Positions 47,759-60,625 are shown, counted from the first letter of the stretch. The stretch: DNA of 64,000 nucleotides from Chlorokybus atmophyticus (GCA_009103225.1 RHPI01002262.1:1002585-1066584), one strand, 5' to 3'. Made by a program: numbers and translations. Notes: generated by a model from the letters alone, not told the origin.

Positions 47759-48398
47759 TCGTGTGTATACTTGTTTCACATTCAAATGTAAGATGCTTGC
47801 AATACTATGTTTTCATTTCTTTGTACTGCAATTCCGTTATCCATATCCGTGGATACACCACGATGAAAGGTTAAGGCCATTGCGGTTAATAACGCGCAGT
47901 ATTGTAATGCATGCAACTCGTATCATCCCCTCGGAAGCTTCTGGCATCATCAGTATGTTGTAGCCGTACTCTTACATTGCAAGCAACCGCTACGTGCAAG
48001 TGTAATACCACATTTACTCGGTCAACTCTGGGCTTGTAAGTCATCGCCGCCCGCCCGGCCCGCCCGGCCCGAACGTCGTGCATGTGCATGTTGATACTCC
48101 ACTGGTACCTCATAAACGATAGAGGGTAATGTTGCGCGCAATAGGCATATTGACATTGTGGCACTTCATCGTCATTTGTGTGACGCACTGCTCTTCTAGT
48201 CAATTATTATTATTGTTATTATTGCATGTTGACAATGGGATTAGACTGGCCCAATGATTGTCATGCATGTGACATCTATGGTCTTTAACATGTTCATGTG
48301 ATTGTACAAGTTGTACATGAAAGTACAATTGGGTTCATTACGTCACTACCGGAATAGCTTTGGTAACTAGTACAAACATCAATTGTCGCGCACAAGCA

Positions 48399-50418
48399 CT
48401 ACAATTGCAAAAGCTTTACGTCCAATTTCACCTTATAATTGTGCGGACGAACAAGCAGCGATATTTGACAAGCTGGTTGATTAGCCTCTACACAAAGCTC
48501 CAGCGGTTGACGCACACGCGCCCACAAGCCATTGCATACACACAAGCTCATCGCACACTTGGCTCCCACAAGCCACGGGCCACACACCTGCTTGCTCAAC
48601 ATGCCGTACAGCCGGCAAACCTCACCCCCCTCTTCCCTGCAGAGCACTCTCGCCACTCCAACACACGCAGCGGCATACGAGCGATCGTCAACGCTTGCAA
48701 GCTGCCCTTGAAAGCCAATACCGCCCATAGCTCTGATGTGTTGTGGTGAGAGCGACACCCCGGCATGACCCACGACTGCCGCATATGAGGAGTCTTTGCT
48801 ATTTGTTCTACTCTGCCAGATGTTGTGCAGATGCGCCGTTTGCAAGGTGCCGAGTGCATGTGGAGGAGCTTCCTCACCGCCGCGGTGCATTTGAAGACGG
48901 GCGCGCACTGGCCATGCCGCACTATCCCGCTGACAAGTCAGCTCTACATGGCCACCATCACCGTGTGTCGTGCTACCGTCAATCTCCTTCGCACATACAT
49001 CCGTGTGGACGCGCGCCTTCGCGTGCCAGCTGCTGGCAACTGGCTTCCAGTCTGCTTTGGCAGCGCATTGCACGGCAGCCTGCACGTGTCTGCTAGAAGC
49101 GGCCGTCCTCACGCGAGTGACTAGTTGCTGCAGTGGCAGTTGTGGCGTGGCGGAAAGTTGCCAGCCCAGCTTGCCGCCTGCGAAAGCCCCCGACAACCGC
49201 AGCGGCAACTGGAAATCAAAGCACACACACATACGGAGAGATGGTTATACAACGGGGCAATGCAAGATGTCCTGTCATAGTGCCAAAGAGTAGAGAATAC
49301 TCTGCTGCTAGTGTGTGGACGTTGATGCACATAAAAGAAGCCAGCCTTTTTCTTCCATTGGCCATGCGGTACCTGTAGCACGCAGCCCAGCTTTTTGTCC
49401 CATCCCAGGCACGAGGGCAGGAGGAGGCGCGCGCCTTTGCCCGGCTCCACGGTCACTGCAAAGAGCAGAGGCAAGGGCAGGGCGCCGGCGAACAGCACCA
49501 GGGCGGGACGCTGCAACGCGCGACACAGTCACCCCAAGGAGCATGTGGTACATGATGAGCAGCAATGCTACTTCTGTGTGCACATGCCTTGAGGTGTAGA
49601 TGGCGGCGAGCGGGGTGGTAGGTTCCTGAGCCGGCACGAAGCTCGATGTCAGGGCGGCTTGCCTGGTGACATTGCGAGAGAAATGATCAGAGTGTGCGTG
49701 TGTAGGGTCCCCCCCAAGGAGAGAGTGAGCAAGAGCAGTGTTCGCAGGCACAGTCTGTGTGTGACCAACCTGATCGGCGGGTAGCAGTCGTCCTTGCTCA
49801 AAGCGCCACACTCCGTCTCGACTTACCGCCAGCTCTCGCGCGCAGAGCAGCACGTCACCTGCCGGCCTTGCATCCATCAGCCCACACTGTGCATGCCATA
49901 AATGCGCACGGACTACAAGGCGCGCAGCATGCATGCCCTCTTGTGACGCCTTGTGTGTTGTGTCTCTCGTCATGCTGTGGGCATGCAGAGGATACGCAAT
50001 GCAACAAAGAGCGCATGCACTCGATGGTGACGACGACAGGTGCACATGTTGGCACCAACCGATCACCTGTGCGTCGTGGCGGTTGTTGGGGCGTGACTGG
50101 CTGCAGCGCTCGCACTGCCGCAGCAAAGCCAAACGCTTCCTCCTCCACGCACTGCAAGACTCACTCACTCACTTACTCCAAGTCAAGTCAGCTTTTCTCA
50201 TGCCATGCGTGCAATGCGAGAGGCAATGCCATCCTCAGTGCCGAGCTTGCCTGAGCTGAGAGCAGCAGCGGCAGTCTCTCCTCGGCGACGGACCTGCCTC
50301 GCTCGCCCCTCAGCAGGACGCGGGCGCCGCCGCTGAGGAACAGCTCCCTCACCTCGCCTCCGCCGCCCACACGCAGCTCCGCAAGCTCCGCCGCCCCCTC
50401 CGCCACCTCCTGAGCCAT
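48399..50418 (-). CDS. LptD/OstA (DUF3769)-like outer-envelope beta-barrel candidate, 6 exons, ~454 aa
   Basis: Phase-consistent exons 50418-50251, 50151-50067, 49858-49770, 49662-49588, 49510-49373, 49208-48399 (introns 1 and 4 are GC-AG). Spliced product has ARELAVSRDGVWRFEQGRL...PDIELRAGSGTY...KRPALVL..GALPLP...LLPSCLGWD..LG..LQLP. Confidence 0.65.
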
Positions 50419-50457
50419 ACCACACCACCGTCTGCCTGGTCCAGGAAGCCCGCCATC

Positions 50458-50459
50458 AT

Positions 50460-50496
<37 letters not shown>

Positions 50497-52652
50497 GTGA
50501 GCGGACGCCCCGTGGCTGCATGGCTAGCGACGCCACCAGCACCCCGCCCCCGCCCCCGCCGCCGCAGCAGCTGCCGCAGCCGGGTGTCCACCACCACCAC
50601 CACCGCCGCCGCTGACCACCATGACGACAAGGAGGTGGTGAGGTCGTCGTCGTCGTGCACGAGGAGGAGAGCGTTGGCGTTGGGGTTGCTGGCGCCTGCG
50701 CTGTGTGCGGTTGTTGCTGTGCAGGAGGAGGGTGAGGCTGTGGCTGCTGCGTTCTGCGGGGTGGGCACGGTGAATGGCGCGGTGCCGTCCTGGGCGTTCA
50801 CCACGCCATGGAAGGAGGACCTCGTGCCGTTCCCCAACGTCAAAGGAGCAAAGGTACATAACGGGACACTCTCAGCTGTAGTAGGGGGGGATATGTGCGT
50901 TACCTACCCCAATGCCATGCATGCAACCGACATACAGTACACAGTACACATCACCGACTGTACTCTCGCACAGAGCAGCACACCATCAGTTCAAGCACCG
51001 CCAGGCCAAAAGCTTTACCCGCTTGACTATCCCAACATGCACAGGCAACACTTACCCGACACTCACCTGTTGCGCCTGCGGGCATGTATGCGCGCACACG
51101 CGCGGAGGACTGTGCGTGCGTGCATGAGTGCGCGTGCGCCACTGGTTGTTGACATACACATCCCTGCGTGCCTCTGTGTCGTTGACGGGCTGGAGCCTTG
51201 TCGCACGTGCCGTTGTCGCAACTATGCAAACAGACGCATGTGATGACCTGCAGCAGCTTGCTGCGGGGTGGGTGGGGGCATGCTAGATGAGAAAGCAATA
51301 CGCGTCCACGACATCGCATGCAGCTCACAACAACAGTGCAGTACATTGCTTTCTCACCGGCATATGCAGCGACGGGGAGCCCAAGCAATCACGATGCAGG
51401 GGGATTGGAGCCGTTGCGTTGATCTTTTTCTCACGCACATGTGTGGTTGTGTGCAGACGTGGACGCGCGTGATCGGGGATGAGAAGCGCGCGAGGAAGGC
51501 GGGTCACCTGCCGCTGCTGGTGCTGCACGGCGGGCCAGGATTCGGCAGCGCCTACCTCGAGAGCCTAGAGCTGCTCACCAGCCAAGACCGTGAGCACAAC
51601 ACTGAACCACACGCGCGCACGCACAGACACAGTGATCTTTATCTGTCAACAGTGTGCTTCGTTTTGCAGGGCAGATCGCATTCTACGACCAGTTTGGTTG
51701 CGGCTACTCGCAGCTGGGCTCGTCCCCCGCTCCCCTGTCCATCCCGCTGCTGCTGGACGAGCTCGCGGCCGTGCGCAAGTCCTTCGACTTCAAGGTGGGA
51801 AGCCACACACGTCCACCTGCTTGCAGCGCATATGACACTCTCATCGCACTCATTCCACGCGCACGCACAGGAGATGCATGTGCTTGGCCACGGCACGGGC
51901 GGGATGCTGGCGCTGGAGTACCTGCTGTCGAGCGGTAAGGACGCGGGAGGCGTGGCGAGCGTCACGCTGGTGAGCACGCCGCCAAGTTATGCGCGGCTCG
52001 TTGATGATAGACGCGCACGCCTCGACGCCTTATCACCCGCAACGCGAGACACGCTCCTGGCTGGAGACGACAAGAGCTTTGGCGGCTACGCTGTCTCGCT
52101 CGACGCCACGTACCGCGAGGTGCGTGCTTGTGCTACATTGTGCGCGCGAGCATGTGTGGACATCTGTTGTCTGAACATACCTTCCCATTGCAGGCTTTGA
52201 GCGAGTACGAGCGTGCGTTCGTGTGTCGGTCCCGCCCCGCCACGGACGACTGCGTGCGGGAGGCCGCTGCGCCCGCGTCCGTGGCGTCTGAGCTGTGCGG
52301 CTCGCGCACCTTCTCCACCGCCGGCAAACTCGCCGGATGGGATCTATCCGACCGGCTCAACCAACTCACCACCCCCACAATGGTAACACACTCACTCACA
52401 ACGTGTGCAATAGCCTGTTGAGATCGCAAGATCGCAACAAGTGCCAAGCAATCGGTGCGTGCACAGGTTATGTGCGGTGACAGCGATGAGATCTTTCCCA
52501 GCACGGCGCGTGCGATGCAGGGGGTCATACCCGCAGCGGAGTTGCATATATTTTACGACAGCGGCAGCTTCGCGCACATAGATGCGTGGGAACCGTTCTT
52601 GGAAACGGTCGACGGGTTCATGAAGGCACACGATCCCGTGAAAAAGAAATGA
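50458..52652 (+). CDS. Proline-iminopeptidase-like alpha/beta hydrolase with plastid/Tat-type presequence, 6 exons, ~425 aa
   Basis: Exons 50458-50853, 51457-51589, 51670-51794, 51871-52119, 52194-52382, 52467-52652, all GT-AG and in phase; PLLVLHGGPG, FYDQFGCGYS, GWDLSDRL..L..PT; RRRALALGLL twin-Arg motif. Confidence 0.9.
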
Positions 52653-52876
52653 GAGAGACACTCCTCATTAGCTGTACTGTCAGTACTAGTATGCCATACT
52701 CAGTGACTCGGAATGACTGTGTCCATTGGCTGTAACAGCTGCAACACATGCAAACCAGACTTGCGGCACGTTGCCCAGTGGATCGCCTCACAACAATATA
52801 TACCTTCAGGGGGACTGAATGGCTTACAGAGCTGCCCACAAGCAAACGAGCATGTATTGGGGTGGAAACAACACGG

Positions 52877-52901
52877 GGAAGGGAAGGGAAGGGAAGGGAA
52901 G
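52877..52901. repeat. (GGGAA)n microsatellite
   Basis: GGGAAGGGAAGGGAAGGGAAG read directly. Confidence 0.8.
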
Positions 52902-53217
52902 TATAGTATTGCGGAGGACATTTGCCCACCCTGTGACTTAATGGACGCACATCTGGGACACCCAATCTCAAGTGGCTACAATATTCTACTCTTGATACTG
53001 CTTGCATGCTTTCAGATGCTGCTGTGCATGCCAACAAGTCACACACCATACACACAACCACGCACGGATTCAAACTCTGCAATCACTCAGACACATTCAC
53101 CACTCGTTGCTATGTCTGTCTCAAGAAGCGCAGGTGCCAAGCAGGCATGCAACGCTAGCTGCACACGCGCGCGCAGCAGCTAGCTGCCTCGCTGCTGGTT
53201 CACTCGTCTCTCACATC

Positions 53218-54240
53218 TCACAACGACGCTGGCGATGACGCCGGCTCTCCCTCCTCTCCCACTTCTCCCACCACCACCACCCTTTCCCCCCCATCCGCTT
53301 CCATCCACCCGCTCCCGCTCTCATCGTGCGGTAGGTAGTCCGGTCGCTCCGGTTTCAGCCTCATCAGACTCGGCTTCTTCACCACGAGGAATCTCAATAA
53401 CCTCTCGTCGGTCCTCAACCCGAACTCGATCTCCCGCAGCACCTCGGGTCTAGTATTGAACCGCATCTCGACGATGTGGCCGGCCTCGTGCTGCTCCCCC
53501 GGGCGACGCAACGTGTAAGCGAGCTGCTGGAGACCGTAGCTGCGGACGCCAGTGACCACGCCGCCATTGGTCAAAGCGGTGCTGCCCGCTCGCCTCAATA
53601 TGGACGCCACCTGACCCCTGTGCGTATGTGTTTGTGAACACTAGTCACACCTCCACCAAGAGCATGCGCACGCGCGCACGCGTGCGTGTGTATGTGCGTA
53701 TGTAGGATAAAGGGAAACAGTCTGTACGCGTGCGTGCGTGACTTCAACACGCACGGGTGCTGCTCTCAGGCGCACAGGCCTGCACGTGCGAACACCTCGA
53801 TTACCATGGCATAACAGATATCAGACGTGTGAAAGCGGCAACGCGCATGTCAACAGGAGTGATAAGCTTAGCGACAATGTGTGCCTTGCGGCGATGTTGC
53901 CAATTACAAGAACATTGAAATTACGACTGAACAGAGAACAGAGAATGCACAGTTGCGCACAACAACGGTGATTCCCGAACGGTCATGTCACTGCAGGTGT
54001 GTCTGCTGTTTGAACCTCCCGTTCTTGAATCGCACAGGGCTGGCAGGTGAGAGGAGCCAACCCGAAATGACGCAAAGCTTCATACAGAACAATTTGTTTC
54101 GCTCTCAAGTCAAAGTCACACTCTTGCTGGGGCCGTTGCCTCAACAGATCATACCACAGAACCCCAACACCGTACATACTGCAGTTGGCTTACTTGTCGA
54201 GGGCGGCCTTGGCGATGACCAGTAGCTCGTACAGAGGCAT
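53218..54240 (-). CDS. RPS6: Ribosomal protein S6, bacterial-type bS6, probably mitochondrial; 2 exons, ~148 aa
   Basis: Exons 54240-54194 and 53617-53218: MPLYELLVIAK...GGVVTGVRSYG...LAY...LRTDERLLRFLVVK. Confidence 0.9.
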
Positions 54241-54555
54241 ATCTCTGCACTCCTGTCAGTCCTCCCGCCCCATCCAAGCCCTTCTCCCCTTCGACCCCAC
54301 CTTCACTGCGTCTCTCCGTTCAGATAGCGCTCTGTCACACCCCCAAACCCCGCTGCTACAGGATCCCCCCCACCCCCACGACAATCCGGCCCGCGCTCGC
54401 CTCAACGCCACCGCCGCCGCCGCCGCCGCCGCTGCCCGCCAAGTACACAGGTGATATCTGCGAGTGATCTTCCGTGCTTCTATCGTCGATATCCGTCTCA
54501 CCAGGCCACGCCGGGCTGGTCAGGCCAGGCCGGGGCGGGGCGGGGCGGGGCGGCG
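54241..54555. promoter_or_regulatory. Probable bidirectional promoter of RPS6 and GCP6 with GC-box array
   Basis: 315 bp between divergent ATGs; (GGGGC)4 tract at ~54531-54553. Confidence 0.55.
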
Positions 54556-57500
54556 ATGACATTGACGGGCGACGACGACCGGGCTGGTCAGGCCCAGGGT
54601 GCATTGGCGTCGTCGCTGCCGAGGGCGGTGGGTGCCATGGCCGGCAACCTGCTGCTGCGGTCGAGTGGCAGGGACGCCGCGCGCTCTGGCAACCCCGACG
54701 ACGACCAGGAGGAGGAGGAGGAACAGCAGGCGTACGGCAGCTTGAGGCTGTCGAAGGCAGGCAACGCGGTGGCCATCGCGCGCATGCGCAGGCGGGCACT
54801 GACGGCGCTCTTCCGCACAGTGAGTGGGGGCACAGTGGCATGGATGGCTGTTGCTGTTGCTGCCTTTGTCGTAACGTCGTCGTCGTTGCTGCTGGCTCAG
54901 TCGGGCATGAAGCAGCTGGATGTCGCACAGAGAGCAGAGGAGAACGCCACAAAGACTGCCAGCGTAAGGGACAGAGCTTGGATGGTACGAGTGTGCATTG
55001 GATAGTCCAGCACTCGCCACGCGTCGTGTTGGTGGTCACAGCGTGAGGTGTTCCTGCTTGCTGCTCGATACCCGCACATTTTCATCCGCACGCGCATGCG
55101 TGTGTGTGATTCGCGTGTGCGTGCAGTTGGCGTTGAGGCTGCGGCTGCTTCGTCGCCTCCGCGACGCGGACAGGCTCGAACACCTCCTCCACCGCCTCCG
55201 CCACGTCCTCTCCCACCCCACCACAAGGTCAGGACAACAATGAACATCATCATCATCACCATCACCAGCCATTGTAAGATCGGTTATGATCAAACCGTGA
55301 GAGACGCGTTGTTGTTGGCCTGGCGCAGCGCACAGCAGCAGCAGCAGGAGCAGCAGCCATGTCATCCTGTGGAGGAGTGCGAGGCGCTCGTGGCCGTCCT
55401 GCTCGCCCTGGCGGTACGCGTGTGTCACGTTCACATACGCTCGTGTTGCAGCGATGCTCAGTGCATTGCAGCGAGCGCATGATGATATGGTACGTGGCAG
55501 GATGTGGACGCTTGCGGTAAGGTCACGCCAGAGACAGGGACTCAAAGAACTCATGACGATGATGAGATTGGTGGGCAGTCCAACATGGCGCTGAAACTGG
55601 CAGAGGAGTACCTCTTCTGCGCCCGCCTCGACGCCACGCCAACCAGCGCATTCGCATCGCACGCCACAACACGAGACCACATCGACGGATCTGCCACACT
55701 ACAGCAAGCACAACCGCACGCAGACTGGCCTTTCACCGCCGCACCGGGCATCCCGTGCATGACTCGCCGCCATCGCAGCAACGCACATTCTTCGCGCTCG
55801 GACGCAAGCGTGTCCACATCGGGATGGAGGCTGCCGCACATAGACTTGGCCGACACGCCATCGTCACTTGACGACGCGTTTCTCGACACGTCGAGTGAGG
55901 GTGATGACCTGCTCATCGTCTCTGCAGCCATACCAGAAGCTGAGACTATGGCAAGGTTCAGAGAAGCAGCAGGCGGGAAGGATGTTGCGAGTAGTAGGCC
56001 AGGAGCTGTGCACAGCCCTGCCGGCGGCAGCAGTCTTGCAGACGCGTACATTTGGGTCGACGCCGCTGCTGCCGAGTGTGGTGATAAGGCTGCGCATTCT
56101 GAACGAAGAGCGCGCAGTTGGGACGACGTGCCGACGACATTGCCAGAAAACTCCGTCACACGGCATCTCACACACACCAAGTCCTCCCCACTCTCTTCAA
56201 CACTTCATGCAGAGGTATGCACAACAACAACAACAACAACAACGCTCCTGTTCGACTCACTCGGTTGTTGTCATGTCATCTCTCTCAGCTCGTGCAGGAC
56301 GCGCTTCTGGCCCTGCAGGGCTTCCGCGCGTCCGTGCGCAGGCTCGCCGCATCGTCTTCCTCCCGCCCGCGCAGCAGCCTGGCCTCCCTGCTGTCGTCGT
56401 TCGTCGATGCGGGGGAGGCGCGCGCCAGCATCGACCGCTTCGTCGCGCAGTACCAGGCGGGGACTTCGACGGCGTTGTGTGAGGATGGTGAAGGTGGTAT
56501 GATGGATCGGGGTCGAGGACTCGTGCTGCAGGCTTATGTGGGAGCTGTCGCCAATGTCCTCCAACAGTCCTCTGCAAAGGTGAGCAGTCGCACACACGCG
56601 CATGCATACACGCCACAACAGACACAGAGACGCATACGCACGTGCAAGTGCATTCGCATGCACACGTACACACACCCTCACGTACGACCATGGACATGCA
56701 TATGCACATGCACTCCCACGCACGCACCTACTCTCCAACCATGCGGCGTTACCTATGTGAATCTGATGCTACCACTGGTTGTGTGCGATTTGCAACCCAG
56801 CTGCAAAGTATGGCTGCGTTGCCAAGGGCATCATCGTACGATTACGATAGAGGGGCCAAGCCTTCCACCCTGCTGCAGCTGCTGGTGTCGACAGAGCCCA
56901 TACGCGACGAGCTCGCCACGCTGGCGACGCTGTGCATGTGCCATCCGTCACCCAGCGAGACACCGGCAGCATTCCCTGCTGGAGCGGCTTTGTTGACGTA
57001 CCTTCATGGCTTGGTCGTGGTGAGCATGCACACATGTACAGGGTAGTGACCAGGGTTCAATGTACTCAGTACACAAAGGCATGTGCACGTACTCAGCCGC
57101 ACACACAAGTCCACGCACACGCATGCACTGGTATGCGCACACGCACACGCACGCGCTTGTGCCCATACAGGATGAAGGCTCTGCCAACAACCGCATGCTT
57201 CGGTACCTCTTCGAGCGCGCGCTGCAGCCTTACCTCGCCTTCATACGCTCGTGGATCTATTCCGGCAACATCACCGACCCGTACAGCGAGTTCGTCATAA
57301 CAGACCCCAAAGACTCCACGCCGTGCTTTCTGCAACCAGTTCACCGCGAGTTGCTTCTGGCCGGCGAGCAGCTCCGTCTCCTACTGCAATACCCCGAAAC
57401 GCGCACGTTCGCGCTCGCGATGGTCGATCATCATCAAACCAACATCGACGACGACCCAACATTATCTATTCCTTCGTCAATGGGGATAGCAACCTCGCAA

Positions 57501-60500
57501 GCGCGTGCCAAGCGCATTGAGAAGATGTGGACGAAAGGCACGGCGATGCTCACGACACGGCTGGCAATTCAGCGACAGTGGATGAAAGAGGAGGTCGAAG
57601 CCGATGCCCTCGCACAGCACAAGGTGTGGAGTGTTGGCTATGACGTGCGTGTCAATATTGTGTAGCATTTGGGTTGCAGCGTTGTGAACAGGTGTTGTTG
57701 ATATTGCGCGCAGGAGCGCGTGCTGGAGGTTGAGCAACGGCAACTTCGGGAGTTGCAAGCAGAGGTGCGGTCGCGCGAGGCCAAGCGCGCTGTGATGCAA
57801 GAGCAGCAGGCTGAGCTGCGGTTGCGCGCGCTGCAAAGGTACGTGCACGCGAGCATCGCACAATGATGTATGGTGATTGGGGTGATGAGAGATGTTGTTG
57901 CTTAGGATCGAAGCGCGCGATGCGATGGAACAAGAGCGGGCGACAGCAAAGGCACAGGATATGCAGACTGCTCGTGAGCGGGCGAGCGTGGCTGCCACAC
58001 TCGTAATGGTGAGGACACACCACTTACATGCGCTTCGACTTGCATGCACGTCTGCAGGCGTGCATCCATGCGCACATGCACACGCCTCACGCACGCACGT
58101 CCGCGCACAACCGCACGTACATGCGCCCAAACGTGTCCACCCACCCCAAAGCGTACCAAACACAACCGCTGCAGGAGCATCTGGGTCACGTCGAGACGCT
58201 GGAGCAGAGGCGCGCGCTGGTGCGGTGGCGCACGCAGCGTTTCGCCCTCGACGCCCTCCGACGGTCGCATCTCCAACGCATCGCTGACTGCGAGGCCGCT
58301 GAGCTTGCACAACTTCAGCAGTCTTCTGGCCACGGGGCCGATGACAACGACGACAGCAACCCCATTGCAATTGAGGAATCGAACCAGAGTGTCCAAGATC
58401 ACACGCGCGAGACACATACCCTGACATCATCACCCGCACCAGAGTGTGTTGGCCGGAGAGACTCGCCTATCAGTCAAAGCACAGCGCCGGTGCCTCTGAG
58501 CAACGCTTCAGAGTGTGCTAGCGATGGCGATGCTAGTATTTGCTCTGAGCCGGCAACGGAAGCAGTCTCCATTGCAACAGTAGTAGATGATGTCGAAGGT
58601 AGTAATATTGATGATGCGAGCGTGCGTGGTGGTGATGGCTCGACTGCCGTCGAGTCCCCATCTGGGCGACGAGGTTGGGGTACGCCATCGACGAACCCGT
58701 TCCCGGCTGCGGGCGTCGCCTCCCCAAAGCCGCACGTGCAAACTTTAAATGCTGCTGCTGATGATGATGATGATGTTAGTCTGGAGCTAGCGTCGGGCAG
58801 GCCAAGCAGTGATGAGGCCACAGATTTGTCCGACAGTCAACCGACTGCAGCCGCAGATGAAGCACAACCGGCGTTTGCATCTCCTGATGGTGAGAAGATA
58901 GCCGGTTCACTTGTGTTGTTAACGTGTCTTCTGAGTGTGCTGACCAGGTGTGACATGTGGCTTGTGTGCAGGAGTTGATGCGGTGCAGCCCTCCAGTGTT
59001 GCTGAAGAGGCTGATGTTAGTGGTGATGAGGATGAAGATGGATTGCCACTTGCGCGCACGGACGTGCCGGCGCGCGTGGCCATCGATGCGTACTTCTCGT
59101 CCGAGATACTCGCGCAGTACGCGTTAGTGGATTCGTTAAGCTCACAGCTTGAGCTTAATGACTTGACGCACATACGTGTGACGTTGTATACGAGCTCTCT
59201 GTATCTGTGCAGGTACCGTGGCGTGTCGTCATGCTGCGTGGCCCTTCTCTGCGACCAACTCAGGTTGACCGACCACTGCGCCGCGCTGAGGAGGTACTTC
59301 TTCATGCAGGCGGGAGACTTTGCCGACGCCTTTGCTGAGATGCTCTTCACCAGGGTCAGTGTGTGCGCGCGGCAACACAAGCAGGCATCAGCTGACTGCA
59401 TCACAACCAACATAAACCAATTGGGTCCCACAGGCGGCGCATCCTGGAGGTTGGATCAACCCGCAGACGGGAGAGATATCGGCCATGTTGGATCGGGCCA
59501 TCCGCGCATCGTCGTGCAGCGGAGACGAGTACGCATCCTTCTTACACGTGGTCGTACACGACAAGGACACGCCCGCGGTGCCCGTCACCGCAGATAGTAA
59601 GCTTCACCACAAACAAAGTGATGGCATTCGAGTTACGATGCAAGACGTATGCCGTGTGATGTTGTTGTTATGTCAGGGGTGAACGCATTTGACTTCATCG
59701 GTCTAGAGTATCGCGTTGGCTGGCCACTCGACGCCGTCCTCACGCCCGACGTGTTCGATCAGTACCGCAAGCTCTTCTCCTTCTTACTCTCGACGAAGGT
59801 GGCCATCTTTGCTCTGCACGACGCGTGGACTTCTCTGCAAGACCTCGAGCGTCGCGGAAGGTGCGTACGTGTGTCATCCAGGCAGAGGGGGAGTGAGTTC
59901 TTCTTGTTGTGGTGTTGATGGTTGAGAACTTTGGTGGCTTTGTTCCAGGGATCAAATGAGGCCCCCGAGTTCATCAAGCAGCAGTCGGAGTAGCAAGTGG
60001 GCAAGGCGGTTGCGGCGGCTGCACATGTTTCGGCATCAGCTCGCGCACTTCATGAGTATCCTGCAGGGGTAAGCGGGACCCAGTATGGTTGACAGCGATC
60101 CACTTACGCATACGGGGTCGATGTGTGCGCGCGTGCACACTCACACACGTACCCCACCTCTACCCCAACCTCACACTGCTTGTTGCACTCGGCAGGTATC
60201 TGCACACGCAGCTGCTGGACATCCCATGGGCTGCGTTCCGGCGTCGTCTAGCTGAGAGCCGTCTCGGCGGCGACGCGGACGTGTCCACCCTGCGCGAGGC
60301 GCACCGCGTCTACGTGGAGGACGCGACGCGGCGTTGCCTGCTTCACCCTGAAGCAAAGGCCGTGAAGGCGGTGGTGGACGAGGCTTTGCAGCGGCTGCTC
60401 GACTTCCGCGCCCTCTTGCAACAAGTCCCCGACCCGGCCCTCCTCGCACCCGGGGGCAACGATGATCGCATGTATGGGCGCTTCCGTCGCGCACATGTGG

Positions 60501-60625
60501 CTTTTGATGAAGCCACCAAGCTCATGCACGGGCTCCTGCGCGCACTCGCAGCACGGGGACAGCTCGTCGATCTCTACACGCGACTCAACTTCAACCACTA
60601 CTTTGCCGCTGATGGACTCTCGTGA
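54556..60625 (+). CDS. GCP6: Gamma-tubulin complex component 6, ~17 exons
   Basis: Phase-consistent exons 54556-54819, 54901-54963, 55127-55227, 55329-55413, 55501-56214, 56289-56579, 56801-57019, 57171-57623, 57714-57838, 57906-58008, 58175-58889, 58972-59116, 59213-59354, 59434-59596, 59677-59860, 59949-60068, 60196-60625; LVQDALLALQG, LFERALQPYLAFIRSWI..DPYSEF, ALRRYFFMQAGDFAD, YRVGWPL, RLNFNHYF; large central coiled-coil/acidic insert. Confidence 0.93.

Noticed and set aside
49308-50168. 286-aa ORF as a stand-alone gene
   Set aside because: It runs through introns; only short parts are in the frame of the spliced model.
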